Numbered from the stretch's first letter, positions 32,068 to 42,489 are shown. The stretch: 64,000 nucleotides of DNA from Methanobacteriota archaeon (GCA_963720465.1 OY970393.1:2249765-2313764); one strand, 5' to 3'. Numbers and translations: made by a program. The notes: generated from the letters alone by a model not told the origin.

Positions 32068-32475
32068 GCACCGAGAGGGTGCCTAGCACCAACACCATTT
32101 TTAACCTAACCTTTCTCACTTGTCCACCCCTTAATCGAAGAGGTAAAAGGGCGGCGTGATAGCTTAAGTGTTGTCTTTTTAGCTGCGCACGTCTCTCCAC
32201 AAACGCTTATGCGCGGCCGGTAGAAAAAAGAAGAAAAGTGCTGGTCTAAATTTATCGGTCCGGCTGTGGTATCTCATCTAATCTAACGCAGTCAAACCGG
32301 TTATGCGTCGCATCTTAGCGTAGCTATCCGCGATAGTGGCCTCTAGCTGCAGGTGCATCGTGCCCGCCAACGCAGTGATACTCTTCGCCACACGCATTTA
32401 GCGGGTCGACGTGGCTGATGGCATTATTGCAGATGGTCTAACAGGTGATGCTCTGACCCCGTCGGTCGGTCATAC

Positions 32476-33108
32476 CTACGACTGTGTTACCGTAGTCATG
32501 ATGAAAAATTGGTCATACTGTATGTATTCGTTGTCAACGCCAGCAGACTCGCCAGTCCCCTTGAGGTAAGCATCATTAACTGTGGTTGGAGCGTGTCCTA
32601 GCGCTACGGTCGCCGCTTGTTGTCCGAAGTGCGTATTGCTTCCCGTATCTGGCACATCCCCAGAAACACCTGTCGATAATGACTTAAATAAGCTGCTTGC
32701 GGCGTCTGTGCTTCCTTCGTTTCGTATCTCTGCCGTTGTAGTACGTCCGTTTGATTCGAAAGTAACGTAAACGGCGTCAAAGCTAATGTCGTCTTTCGCC
32801 CTCTGTGTAACCGCGTCGCTTCCATATTCGGTTTTAAGCGTCGGCACCAACTTAGCGAGCAATGGGTCAAAACTAGCCGAAGTCGTTGGTGTAGCCGTAG
32901 CCGTCGGTGTAGCTGTCGGAGCTGCTGTCGGTGTAGTCGTCGGTGTAGCCGTCGGTACGCTGCTGGCTGACGGGCTTGGGCTGGTGGTAGCAGGCGACGT
33001 GCAACCACTAATTGATACGAGAACGAGAGAGCCGATAAAAAGCAACGGCAATGCATATTTGAGCGGCGTTCTGATATACCGCTTCATCATCCTAGTTATT
33101 GCATTCAC
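32476..33108 (-). CDS. Lipoprotein with Pro/Thr linker
   Basis: ISGC lipobox; paralog of 34143-34784. Confidence 0.8.
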   Translation of the reverse strand: MNAITRMMKRYIRTPLKYALPLLFIGSLVLVSISGCTSPATTSPSPSASSVPTATPTTTPTAAPTATPTATATPTTSASFDPLLAKLVPTLKTEYGSDAVTQRAKDDISFDAVYVTFESNGRTTTAEIRNEGSTDAASSLFKSLSTGVSGDVPDTGSNTHFGQQAATVALGHAPTTVNDAYLKGTGESAGVDNEYIQYDQFFIMTTVTQS

Positions 33109-33385
33109 ACTTCATCCCCCTTATAAGTAAAAACAACTATGTTAGACGGGGTCAACGAAGCTTAAGAATTGCTATCTGTGATCGCAGAGCGCAGTTAGCG
33201 GCACATATCTAATCCTAATGACTTCTTATGTGTGCCCTCTGTAAGCGGCGCTATGCTCGCGAACTCATTTTTTTCGCCATCACGCTAAGAGAGGAGCCGC
33301 AGTTAAATAGCAACACTTAAGCTGTCAGCATCGGCTTGGGCACGTAGTTTATTTTTTGGCTGAACGATAGAAAAAGGCGAACTGT

Positions 33386-34048
33386 ATGATAAAAAAAGTG
33401 TTAATGGTTTGCATCGTTCTTACGCTCGTGACCGTTCTGGTGGGCGTGGCTGGCAGCATCCAAACACAAACCCCCAGTAACCCATCGACGGCCGCGCATG
33501 CGACGACCGTTCTATCTTACGCACAACCTACGAACGTGCTATCGTACGCGCTACCGACAGCGCCACCCGCGAACATCCAGTCGTATACCGGCCCGTTCGT
33601 GGGAAGCATTAATTCGAACGTCTACCACTATCCGTGGTGTTACGAAGCCGCGAAAATTAAGCCGGCGAACCTCGTTGTCTTCCCCACAGTGGCGGCCGCC
33701 TGTGCCGCAGGTTACCGACCGTGCAAGGTCTGCGATCCGCCAGCGTGCGGTGCGCCTGCGCCAACGGCCACGCCAACGGCTACTCCAACGGCCACGCCAA
33801 CGGCTACTCCAACGGCCACGCCAACGGCTACTCCAACGGCCACGCCAACGGCTACTCCAACGGCTACAGCCAAAGTGGCGAGCCCTACTGCCAAGCCAGC
33901 ACCTATAGCGAGCACTGCTGCTGCGAACGTCGCTCAAGCCAGCGCAGCTGCGGGCAGCAGTAGCTCGACTCCCGGTTTTGAAGGGTTGTACGCAGTTGGT
34001 GCTCTTGCTGCCGTGTTTCTGGCATTACGGATCGCCCGCCATCGCTGA
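33386..34048 (+). CDS. Surface protein with Ada-type metal-binding domain, PTAT repeats and PGF-CTERM
   Basis: FVGSINSNVYHYPWC...GYRPCKVC, (PTAT)n, TPGFE + transmembrane helix + basic tail. Confidence 0.85.
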   Translation: MIKKVLMVCIVLTLVTVLVGVAGSIQTQTPSNPSTAAHATTVLSYAQPTNVLSYALPTAPPANIQSYTGPFVGSINSNVYHYPWCYEAAKIKPANLVVFPTVAAACAAGYRPCKVCDPPACGAPAPTATPTATPTATPTATPTATPTATPTATPTATPTATAKVASPTAKPAPIASTAAANVAQASAAAGSSSSTPGFEGLYAVGALAAVFLALRIARHR

Positions 34049-34142
34049 GGTTTGAAAGAGAAAAACAAGACGGCTCACAGAGTGACCAGAGCCGTCCGCT
34101 TCTTTTTATTATTATACCCTCTCACGCAGAGCGCGAGAAATC

Positions 34143-34784
34143 CTAAGACGATGATGGAGATGTGGTAATGTAAACAAAGATTTGATCGTCCTGTATGTAC
34201 TCGTTATCGAAACCTGCCCAGTCTCCTGTTCCTTTAAAATATGCATCATTAACTGTGCTTGGCGTGTGTCCTAGCGCAACAGTAGCCGCATCTGAGCCGA
34301 TATGCGACTCAAGTGAGGGAGTTAATACCGTGCTGTTATTAGGCCCTGATGATGGGTCTGCTTGTGTAGCGAAATCTGCGCTCGCTTTGGCGATGCTACC
34401 GTCGTTAGTAAACCATACATTCGTAACTATAGAGCTGTTTGCTTTGGGGGTCATATAAATCTCATTAGCCCCACCAGAAGCATTCATTCGACCTATTAAC
34501 CAAGTACTCCCATATTCTGAGTTAAGTGCCGTCTGCAACTTAACAAGTAGAGGGTCAAAACTACTCGTCGTAGTCGTCACGCTAGGCGTTGCGCTAGGTG
34601 TCGCCGTCGGATTGCTCGTTGATGATGTGCAACCGCTAATTGATACAAGAGCGAGAGAGCCGATAAAAAGCAGCGGCAACGCATATTTGAGCGGCGTTTT
34701 GATATACCGCTTCATCATCCTAACTATTGGATTCATTGATTCATCCCCCTTATAAGTAAAAACAAATACGTGAGACGGGGTCAA
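34143..34784 (-). CDS. Lipoprotein, paralog of 32476-33108
   Basis: MMKRYIKTPLKYALPLLFIGSL..SISGC, SFDPLL, ATVALGH.P.TVNDAY and DNEYIQ shared. Confidence 0.8.
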   Translation of the reverse strand: MTPSHVFVFTYKGDESMNPIVRMMKRYIKTPLKYALPLLFIGSLALVSISGCTSSTSNPTATPSATPSVTTTTSSFDPLLVKLQTALNSEYGSTWLIGRMNASGGANEIYMTPKANSSIVTNVWFTNDGSIAKASADFATQADPSSGPNNSTVLTPSLESHIGSDAATVALGHTPSTVNDAYFKGTGDWAGFDNEYIQDDQIFVYITTSPSSS

Positions 34785-35031
34785 TGAAGCTTAAGCGTTG
34801 TCGTTTGGCTGCGGTTAGTTTCTCCCCGCACGGATAGCCCTCTTTACACTGGAGTTCATGAGATGCAAGCGTGATGATCAACGATTGCGTCGAGGTCGAC
34901 GAACTCATCCTTGAAATCGCCGACTACAAAAACGACCTTGCCGACGTGGCCGCCGGGCACTGCTTAAAAGTCACACGTTCACGGCGATAGCAACCGCCGT
35001 TTTTAAAAATTTGAAAAAAAAGAGATGCAGG

Positions 35032-35361
35032 TCACTTGTCCTGCATCGCTGCAGCTGCCTTCTTGACTACATTTATCGACTGGTCTGCGTCGAGCACAGG
35101 GAACACCTCATACGAAACCGTCGTATACTTGAGCATGGTAGCGCAAAGGTCCTCCTCGCTCGCCTCGGTAATCGCGTATCCTTCCCTTCCATTGCTAAAC
35201 TGTCCCCACTCAGTAAACCTTCCTGCGCTCAAATCGGCCTTTACCGCTTCGAGCATCGCTTCGAGCATCGGCAACATGATCTTCTCGAACTCTTCAGGCG
35301 TGAGGGGCGTCTTTGGGGAGTCAGCCCACCACTTCATAAATAATTTGGTCATATCTTTCAC
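35032..35361 (-). CDS. Small hypothetical protein (DUF3303-like, dimeric alpha/beta type)
   Basis: EWGQF..G..GYAI motif; GGAGGTGA Shine-Dalgarno sequence. Confidence 0.65.
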   Translation of the reverse strand: MKDMTKLFMKWWADSPKTPLTPEEFEKIMLPMLEAMLEAVKADLSAGRFTEWGQFSNGREGYAITEASEEDLCATMLKYTTVSYEVFPVLDADQSINVVKKAAAAMQDK

Positions 35362-35547
35362 CTCCTTTCGCTTTGGCGGCGGTGGTAGTGACCGCCGTTT
35401 TTTTCTAAAACACGTAAAAAGGCACTCTAAGGAAATAAATGTTGTTGTTACAGGCGCTTGTCACGGCGATATGCAAACGTGCCGTTTTAGCTTAGAGGCG
35501 TAAAAAAAGAAAAAGGAAGCGTGAACGCTTCCTAGGTTCACCTAGAC

Positions 35548-35889
35548 CTACCGTTTCATCGCTGCCATCTGCTCTGCTTGGGCTTTGAGAACCTGCCGTG
35601 CGATTGCCTTTCCTGTCTCGTAGTCTATGATTTCGTGCACCTCGTGCTCAACCCATGGGTAGTCCGCGAACGCTGCCATGAACAAGTCTTTGGCTTCGCC
35701 GCTGGCAATTACGTATCCTGAGGGTGTGTTTGGAAAATAGCCAAACTCAAGTATGATGCCACTCTTTAGCCCTTCGTCAATCCCTGCGAACATCATCTCA
35801 AGCACCTGCGTAGCGGCAGCAGGGTCCAGCGGCCACGGCGCGCTCGGGTTGGCACGCCAAATGGTTAGATACTTCGCCATTTCTTTCAC
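35548..35889 (-). CDS. Small hypothetical protein related to 35032-35361
   Basis: EFGYF....SGYVI motif; GGAGGTGA Shine-Dalgarno sequence. Confidence 0.65.
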   Translation of the reverse strand: MKEMAKYLTIWRANPSAPWPLDPAAATQVLEMMFAGIDEGLKSGIILEFGYFPNTPSGYVIASGEAKDLFMAAFADYPWVEHEVHEIIDYETGKAIARQVLKAQAEQMAAMKR

Positions 35890-35961
35890 CTCCTTTGACG
35901 TAGACGGCTGACAGTCAGCGCCGCCTTTCGGTTCATTCCGCTATGAGAAAGATACAAGCCA

Positions 35962-36285
35962 TTAGGCCTGCATCAGCATCTGTGCCACTTCTTCCCTTGT
36001 TACGCAAGGCCACAAGTCCCAATCGTACATATCGAGCACTTTCTTCATCGGCGGTTCCATACAGTATGCCATTAACGCCTCAAAATTTGGAGCATCGTAC
36101 ACGTTAACTTGAAAGTGCTTGGGATGCACAGTCCACGAACCCACTATTTTGATTCCGTGCTTCTTTGCGAGGTCTTCCATCTGGGGCATGCCTTCGAGCA
36201 CCGCTTTCCTGTAGTACTCGTTGTGCGCGGCACATTCTGCTGCACCGTGTCTAATAATCGACAAAAATAACGCCATTTCTTTCAC
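35962..36285 (-). CDS. Small GYD/DUF3303-like protein
   Basis: KKHGIKIVGSW...H....VYDAP motif; GGAGGTGA Shine-Dalgarno sequence. Confidence 0.65.
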   Translation of the reverse strand: MKEMALFLSIIRHGAAECAAHNEYYRKAVLEGMPQMEDLAKKHGIKIVGSWTVHPKHFQVNVYDAPNFEALMAYCMEPPMKKVLDMYDWDLWPCVTREEVAQMLMQA

Positions 36286-36846
36286 CTCCCTTCACGTAGC
36301 GCGGCAGTTGTTAGCCACCGCTCGAAACAAGTAAAAAGGTGCTCCAAAGGAATAAGTGTTGTTGTTACAGACGCTTGTCACGGCGTGGCAGCACCAAAGA
36401 TAACAGTTACTTTCATGGTTCGCGTCGATTAGGCACTCAGCGCATCGCTCACCGATTCAGCAACTTCAAATTCAGCACTTGTTTTTGAGTTGGTTCACCG
36501 GAGATTAAGCAGTGCCAACGAGTAGAAGCGTACGACGGATAAAAAGCGGGTTCTTGTAGGGCTTGTGCAACAATTCTGCCGCTTCCTGTTGGCCTGATTT
36601 AATTAAATTCTTTTACAGGCTGCGATGACGTAAACGCGAGCATATTAAGGCCTGCTGTATATACTTCATCTACCGCGATTTGGCGTCTGTCAACTGCACA
36701 CTGCACGTACGCCTTCTAAACACTTCGTCGAAGGCTTCACAGCGTTGTTTCCATTTGTGCGTCGACGACCAATTTTCCAAAATTTGCTGGTAACCCGTGC
36801 TTTTACCTAGTTTTTTATGATGTATCACCGACAGGTCGCCGACAGG

Positions 36847-37110
36847 TTACCACTTAGCTATTCCTTCCAGCAGGATACGCTCTGTACGCTCTTCCAGATT
36901 CAGGGCAAAAATGTGGTCAGAAAAAGCTTGTGCCCGTGCTACCCAATGGTAAGTCGCACTATACCGCTCTAGCTGCCGCAAGGAAAGATGCATAACATGG
37001 GTTTGTCGGAGCTTCTGAAGTGATCGGTAGGGGCCCATGTCTCGATAGAGACAAAAGAGTTCATACGCCTTTATGCGTTCATTGGGGAGACGATCCCATG
37101 GTTCGGTCAT
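36847..37110 (-). CDS. Terminase-small-subunit-like HTH protein
   Basis: PWDRLPNE..KAYELFCLYRDMG..RSL...WVARA.AF pattern. Confidence 0.55.
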   Translation of the reverse strand: MTEPWDRLPNERIKAYELFCLYRDMGPYRSLQKLRQTHVMHLSLRQLERYSATYHWVARAQAFSDHIFALNLEERTERILLEGIAKW

Positions 37111-37128
37111 TCAAACTATTCCTAAGTC

Positions 37129-37383
37129 TCACGGGGGGCAGCAAATAATCGATCTTCTGACGCGGAGAATCTTAATATACCGTAGCCCTGCCAGTCTGCG
37201 AACCCTGTAATAGAGTTCCTGATAGGGAGTGGTATGGAACTCTTTGTTGAGATCGGCAAGTGACACGCACTCTATATTATGACCCATAGAAAGCCCCGGA
37301 GTGAAACGGGATCTCCAGCAAATCCGAGTTATGAGTTCCTCATCGAGTTCATTGATTTTGTTTTTGTTATTCACCTTCATCAC
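37129..37383 (-). CDS. Small winged-helix-like hypothetical protein
   Basis: Overlaps helicase stop; LADLNKEF...ELYYRVRRLAGLRYI. Confidence 0.45.
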   Translation of the reverse strand: MMKVNNKNKINELDEELITRICWRSRFTPGLSMGHNIECVSLADLNKEFHTTPYQELYYRVRRLAGLRYIKILRVRRSIICCPP

Positions 37384-39391
37384 CTTCTAACAAGAGCGGC
37401 TTTCCACCGGTTAGGTTCAAAAAGATTGAAGCTGTCGGGGATAGGCCGTTCACGATCTCGCTGAAGCGTCGCGCGAGGGTAATTCGCAACTTTCTGTCAG
37501 CGCCCCGTATGTTGTGCCTATCACAATACTCAGCAACTGTGACATTACAAAGTAGTTCTGACGCCATAGATCCCTTCAAATCGCTATCAGCCAATCGCAC
37601 AAGCTTTTCGCACACGAAGCCTTCGAAATCAGCCTGCTGGATGATCGGTGCCGGATCTGGCTCAATTTGCTCACCGCTAAGAGGGTCTGGAGGTACGCCT
37701 AAATCCCGCAGACGTGCAGTTTGCAGTGCGGCTGACAGAGATGACGGATCTGACAGTGTTTTGCGTAAACTCGTATATGCACTCAGATTTTCCACATGGG
37801 TTTTACTCAAATTGCCCTCAAATCCGTCAGGTCTATCAGGCCTGACGATCTGCTCCATGTAAGGGTCTATCTCGTACTCTATTTCCTCCCAAGTGTCTGG
37901 GATGGTCAGACCTTCATAAACGCTGCCGCTCTCGGTATGCTTGCTAACGAAGCCTAGTTTTTTCATAGTTCGGCCGAAGTTCGCAACGCTCAACATTTCC
38001 GCTTGTATCGTGCGCTGGAACTCTCGTGGCATCGTCTCAGCAATGCTTTTGAACCGCTTATGCAGTTCGCTCGCACCGATCTTGGCGCCATCTTTCTTCT
38101 CGCAGTGCCCGTCTATGAACCACGTGAGCGGGTTCATCGTGCGCTGATATTCCTTTGTGGCTGCATTAACTTCGGCAGGCCGCTGCAGACCGTGCTCACG
38201 CCACTCAAACGCACCGTCGACGATCCACGCGAATATAGCCTCTCTTTCCTCTGCGTCGGTCATCAGCTTTTCAAGCACGCTCTTGTCTACCTTTTCAAGC
38301 GGCCGGTTGAATACGATCACGTTAAGCCTGTTGAAATTAGCCTGATCCTCAAAGTCGATCTTAGCCATGAAGTTCGATTCAAACCAAAACGTCGCCTTTA
38401 CAGTCACGTCGTGCATATAGCGATCATACAAATTCCTGACGTGTTGTGGGTTTGCCGACGTGAGGCTCTTAATGAGAGCATCATCTATTACGAACCCTTT
38501 GGGCAGCTCGGAACACTGCGCGGCTCGTAATCCTTCCATATCGATAATATCTGGGCGTGCTGAACTCGCCCGTGCGCCTTTCTTCATAAACGTCGAGTAG
38601 TGGAACGCGTGGGCATAATCACCTAACACGCTGAACGCGGGGTCGAGCACAGAGCTCTTGCGCCCATCAGGTATCCCGTACAAGAAAAGGAACGCCTTCT
38701 CCTCCATCGTAAAGATACAGGAATAGCCGAATGCATCTTGCAAGAAAAATACGACGTCTGCCGGGAGGGCACCGAACAACGTGTCATACCATAATTGGCC
38801 CTTCGCATCGGAGTTGTAACGAACTGGGCAGACCTTCGTAATAAGGTCTTCGCGCCTGTGTTCGCGCACAGGCTTGTCGCGGGGGCAATTCTTAAAGTCT
38901 ATCGTGCCGCTCAGGCAGTTCAGCAGATTCGGATCGCCGTTGAGCTCACGTGGCTCTACGACGATCCGATCGTCAGATTCAGCCAACGCGATCATGGCAG
39001 CAATGCGGTATTCGCTCTCCGACTTAAAGGCCCAGTTTTCAATCTCCTTTTGCTTTGCCTTCTGCTCTTTCGTGTCGGCCTTGTCAACAAACGCTGCCTC
39101 GGCGTGAATGAGCTTGACCCGTTGCTTTGCGATCTCTTTGATCCGATTGGTAGTGTCTACAACCCACTGAACGCCGTTCCAAATATACCAAGTGTTTTGA
39201 GTCGGGCAATAGCGGATATTCGCACCACAGTCTGCTACGAGCCTCAAGGCGTTGCCTAGGTCGGTTAAGTGAAAGTCACATGTGACCCTTAGGTTTTGCT
39301 GCTTACCTTCAACAGGATCAACAATGGGCAAGAACATCTCTCGCCCGGTGTCTGAGTACCCAGCTTCTGCGCTCACTGCGGATGCCTCCAC
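37367..39391 (-). CDS. P4-family/D5-like replicative helicase (phage/plasmid primase family)
   Basis: TDLGNA.RL, WYIWNG..W, LLNCLSGTID, ITK, Walker A-like GIPDGRKSS, SE and ESN motifs. Confidence 0.88.
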   Translation of the reverse strand: MEASAVSAEAGYSDTGREMFLPIVDPVEGKQQNLRVTCDFHLTDLGNALRLVADCGANIRYCPTQNTWYIWNGVQWVVDTTNRIKEIAKQRVKLIHAEAAFVDKADTKEQKAKQKEIENWAFKSESEYRIAAMIALAESDDRIVVEPRELNGDPNLLNCLSGTIDFKNCPRDKPVREHRREDLITKVCPVRYNSDAKGQLWYDTLFGALPADVVFFLQDAFGYSCIFTMEEKAFLFLYGIPDGRKSSVLDPAFSVLGDYAHAFHYSTFMKKGARASSARPDIIDMEGLRAAQCSELPKGFVIDDALIKSLTSANPQHVRNLYDRYMHDVTVKATFWFESNFMAKIDFEDQANFNRLNVIVFNRPLEKVDKSVLEKLMTDAEEREAIFAWIVDGAFEWREHGLQRPAEVNAATKEYQRTMNPLTWFIDGHCEKKDGAKIGASELHKRFKSIAETMPREFQRTIQAEMLSVANFGRTMKKLGFVSKHTESGSVYEGLTIPDTWEEIEYEIDPYMEQIVRPDRPDGFEGNLSKTHVENLSAYTSLRKTLSDPSSLSAALQTARLRDLGVPPDPLSGEQIEPDPAPIIQQADFEGFVCEKLVRLADSDLKGSMASELLCNVTVAEYCDRHNIRGADRKLRITLARRFSEIVNGLSPTASIFLNLTGGKPLLLEGDEGE

Positions 39392-40020
39392 GTGTCATCT
39401 ATGAAAAGGTCAAACGCCGGTTCTTCGCTAACTTCCGCGCCTTGCATGCCGCGGGCGATCACGTCATATTCACGCGCGTTGCCTCGCACATAGGATTGGA
39501 TCTGTTTTAACAAGTAACGAAGCAACGACTTGGGCACAGACTCAGGATAACAGTCATCTTCCCATTCGGTGTTGTGGCCCCATTGATAGCAGATCGTGGC
39601 TTTTTGAAACAGTTCGTTGAAGTCGATATGCCAAGACACGACTATGTCTGCTATTTTTGTTGAGCCGTGCCGAATGAAATGGCGATAGTCATAAATTAGC
39701 TCCTGAATATCGTCATTAAGGTTGTCGTCTATCTCTTCGCAAGTTCTCACGGCCGTGGTGGCTCTTTCAAGTTCAACACTGCCGTCTTTTTGCCGTTGCC
39801 GTCGCTCGGCGGCCCGCTTCAAAATGAAATCCCTAAAATCTGGGTTGGTTTGCTCGAATGCGATTATGTTTGTAAATTTCTTGCCATTTTCAGAGTACCA
39901 CAAGGTGCCCTCATTCCGACGTACAAACGCCCACTCGTAGACTACGCTGTTCAGTTCAATGCGACCGCCTAGAGGCGCGTAGCTGAGTACGTCTTCAACA
40001 GCTTGATACAACCTAGCCAC
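39373..40020 (-). CDS. Hypothetical protein upstream of helicase
   Basis: 215-aa ORF overlapping the helicase start. Confidence 0.55.
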   Translation of the reverse strand: MARLYQAVEDVLSYAPLGGRIELNSVVYEWAFVRRNEGTLWYSENGKKFTNIIAFEQTNPDFRDFILKRAAERRQRQKDGSVELERATTAVRTCEEIDDNLNDDIQELIYDYRHFIRHGSTKIADIVVSWHIDFNELFQKATICYQWGHNTEWEDDCYPESVPKSLLRYLLKQIQSYVRGNAREYDVIARGMQGAEVSEEPAFDLFIDDTWRHPQ

Positions 40021-40110
40021 GGGCGCTCCTGATATTAAGTCGGATGTTATGCTGGCGCCAGAGCCAATTACTGCATATTCGTGGAACCAAGTGGTGCGGG
40101 CACTTATCCA

Positions 40111-41019
40111 TCACAAAAGCCCCTGTGCATCAAGCCAACACTTTAGCATTTCTTCGGCGTAGTCGGCAAGACGTATGCCGTATGCGTTAAGCCGTTTGAT
40201 TAGGTTAGGGTCGGTCACTTTATGCCCGTCGATAACAACATGATCGATTTCGGGGCCCCAATCATCTTCTTCGTCGGAATCTTCTTTCGGTTCTTTTTCT
40301 ACGCGCGATGGGTCACGTATTGCACCAAGCTCCTCAATGAGCTCTTCTTTCGATAGGTCTTTATTGAGGAGTGCCACACCTTCGCGTTCTGGCAAGGCCC
40401 CTTTCTCTCCGGGCTTTAAACCTACGTCAACTTTGGCAAATTCATTTGCAAGCTCGACCTCTTCCTCCGGCGTCTTTGCCTTTTTTCGTATTTTTTCGGC
40501 TACTTTCTTTGCAACCGCTCCTGCCTCGACCAGTTCCCGAGTCTCAGGTTGCAAGCGCAACGGCTCTAGCCAACGATCGACTGTAGTATCAGTCACCCCT
40601 AGGCGTTTGGCTAGTTCGCGTTCCGTATATGTTGTTTCGCCGTGCCCCGCGCGCGGGGTAGCATAATCCTTTAACAACTCGTTTTGGCCTAACAATTGAG
40701 CTATAGCGATTGCTTTATCTAAGGGTGCTAGGTTGTGGCGGGCGATGTTCTCAGAAAGAGAGGCGACTATCGCCTCGGTATCAGTCATCTGCCGCACTTC
40801 GCAAGGGAGCGTCTCCGCGCCTGCCTTTTTTCCAGCGTTAAATCTCGACTGCCCTATAACAACCTCAAATTTCCCGTTTACACGTCGCACTGTGAGAGGT
40901 TGTATTACGCCGAGCGACTTTATGTTCTCATCGAACGCCTTGTGAACAATATTCGTTTTTCTTACGTTGAAGTCGCTAACCTTCAATAGTGAAACCGGAA
41001 TTTCTACTAAATTACTCAT
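40111..41019 (-). CDS. ParB/RepB/Spo0J family protein
   Basis: GVIQPLTVR, VVIGQSRF and SLSENIARHNL motifs, followed by HTH. Confidence 0.88.
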   Translation of the reverse strand: MSNLVEIPVSLLKVSDFNVRKTNIVHKAFDENIKSLGVIQPLTVRRVNGKFEVVIGQSRFNAGKKAGAETLPCEVRQMTDTEAIVASLSENIARHNLAPLDKAIAIAQLLGQNELLKDYATPRAGHGETTYTERELAKRLGVTDTTVDRWLEPLRLQPETRELVEAGAVAKKVAEKIRKKAKTPEEEVELANEFAKVDVGLKPGEKGALPEREGVALLNKDLSKEELIEELGAIRDPSRVEKEPKEDSDEEDDWGPEIDHVVIDGHKVTDPNLIKRLNAYGIRLADYAEEMLKCWLDAQGLL

Positions 41020-41051
41020 TGCTCATCACCATTCTCTCAAACTCGTCTTTT

Positions 41052-41309
41052 TCATTTTTTTTGCAGGAACCACCAGACACGGTGATTTCTCAATTTCTCT
41101 TGCCCCACGATTCCTTTCGCCATGAGCTGGAAGAGCCGATAACGAATGGATGGAATAGTGAGCCCCACCAACGCGGCGAGTTCCCCAGCGCTCGCATGAC
41201 CGTGCGCGCCAAGGTAAGCTACAAGCTTCCTGTTTGTCTGATCCATTTTTTTTCTTCTGGGGCGACTGCCGCTGATAAAGATCTTCTTTAGGGGCAGCCC
41301 CCATGACAA
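41052..41309 (-). CDS. Winged HTH regulator
   Basis: ASAGELAALVGLTIPSIRYRLFQLMAKGIV. Confidence 0.75.
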   Translation of the reverse strand: MSWGLPLKKIFISGSRPRRKKMDQTNRKLVAYLGAHGHASAGELAALVGLTIPSIRYRLFQLMAKGIVGQEKLRNHRVWWFLQKK

Positions 41310-41374
41310 AATATATGATATGTGTTATATCCCCTTAATCGCTTAGTTATCAAAAAATAAAGGCACTTTCTAAT

Positions 41375-42424
41375 TTGGTTATTTCGAAGAAGAAGGATCA
41401 GAGGAAGATGAACATACACGTAGCCACGAAAAAACTCGTAGATCTCGGAATTCCTGGAAAGGAAAAGAAACGGGCTATTAGGAAGGCGGTGGAGAGCAGA
41501 TCTGTTAAGAACAAAACCGCTGACGTCGAAAGCGCCATTGAGAAGTATGTCGAGAAGACCCTCGTACGCTGGGCGTACACCGAGGAGATCATTACGAAAC
41601 CGGAACGGCATAAAAACGAGAAGGGGCGGTTTGAAAAAGGAAGAGGGAAAAATTCGGATTGGCATGAAAAAGCAGTCTACGAAGCCGCTGCAGTGTGGGC
41701 AGTGCGTGATAGGGCGAAAAAAATAGCTGCTGAAGGTGGCAGAAAGAAAAAAACTCTCTCAGCAAAGGAAATTTGTGAAATAAGGAGACATGCCAAAGGC
41801 GTCTTCGTCTCCCCGTGTATGGAGTATGAACTGCCCCCAAACATTACAATCACTACACCAAACCCATCGTACATCTATGATTTTAAGGCGCTAACACCGA
41901 AGATAGTCGCTGACGCAGCGCTAAATGAGTTGGTGATAGCGTGGATCGTTGCAACGGTAAAGGCTCAAAAAAAGCGGAAGATTTCAAAGCCCGCACAGGT
42001 TATTTTCAGGTGGCGTCACAACCCAGAGTACTACCCATCGATAGATATTGGAAATATTATAGCGGCTTACGAAGGGCCTCAACCGCCTTCAAAAGAGTTT
42101 GAAGACTTTATACTGCAACACATGCCGGAAGAAAGCGAGATAAAAAAACTGGTCAATTTGCTTTATCAGAGGCGGATCGAAAGTTCAGATGCGGTCGATT
42201 TCATGCACGCCGGCAAGGGGAAGATGCACGCTAACGATCCCGAAGAAGTCGAACACCAGTTCCTATTTGACGACATATACGTTAAGTCGACGGAATCAAA
42301 CAGGGATGAGCTTGTAATCCTTCTTGACGGTCAAGATAGCCGAATAAAAGCATTATATGCTCCATTTGAGCTCTATTCTCCTGATATTGAATATGGTCGT
42401 AAATATAGAGATCATCGCTACTAA
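41375..42424 (+). CDS. Hypothetical basic protein, divergent from the replication operon
   Basis: 349-aa ORF. Confidence 0.6.
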   Translation: MVISKKKDQRKMNIHVATKKLVDLGIPGKEKKRAIRKAVESRSVKNKTADVESAIEKYVEKTLVRWAYTEEIITKPERHKNEKGRFEKGRGKNSDWHEKAVYEAAAVWAVRDRAKKIAAEGGRKKKTLSAKEICEIRRHAKGVFVSPCMEYELPPNITITTPNPSYIYDFKALTPKIVADAALNELVIAWIVATVKAQKKRKISKPAQVIFRWRHNPEYYPSIDIGNIIAAYEGPQPPSKEFEDFILQHMPEESEIKKLVNLLYQRRIESSDAVDFMHAGKGKMHANDPEEVEHQFLFDDIYVKSTESNRDELVILLDGQDSRIKALYAPFELYSPDIEYGRKYRDHRY

Positions 42425-42489
42425 CGTAAACCTAGCTTAGCGTAATATCCTTCTGATTGATAGTGGCAAATAGTCAGTCAGCCGACGAG

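Noticed and set aside
33760-33870. 12/24-bp tandem repeat
   Set aside because: It encodes an ordinary PTAT linker of a PGF-CTERM protein.
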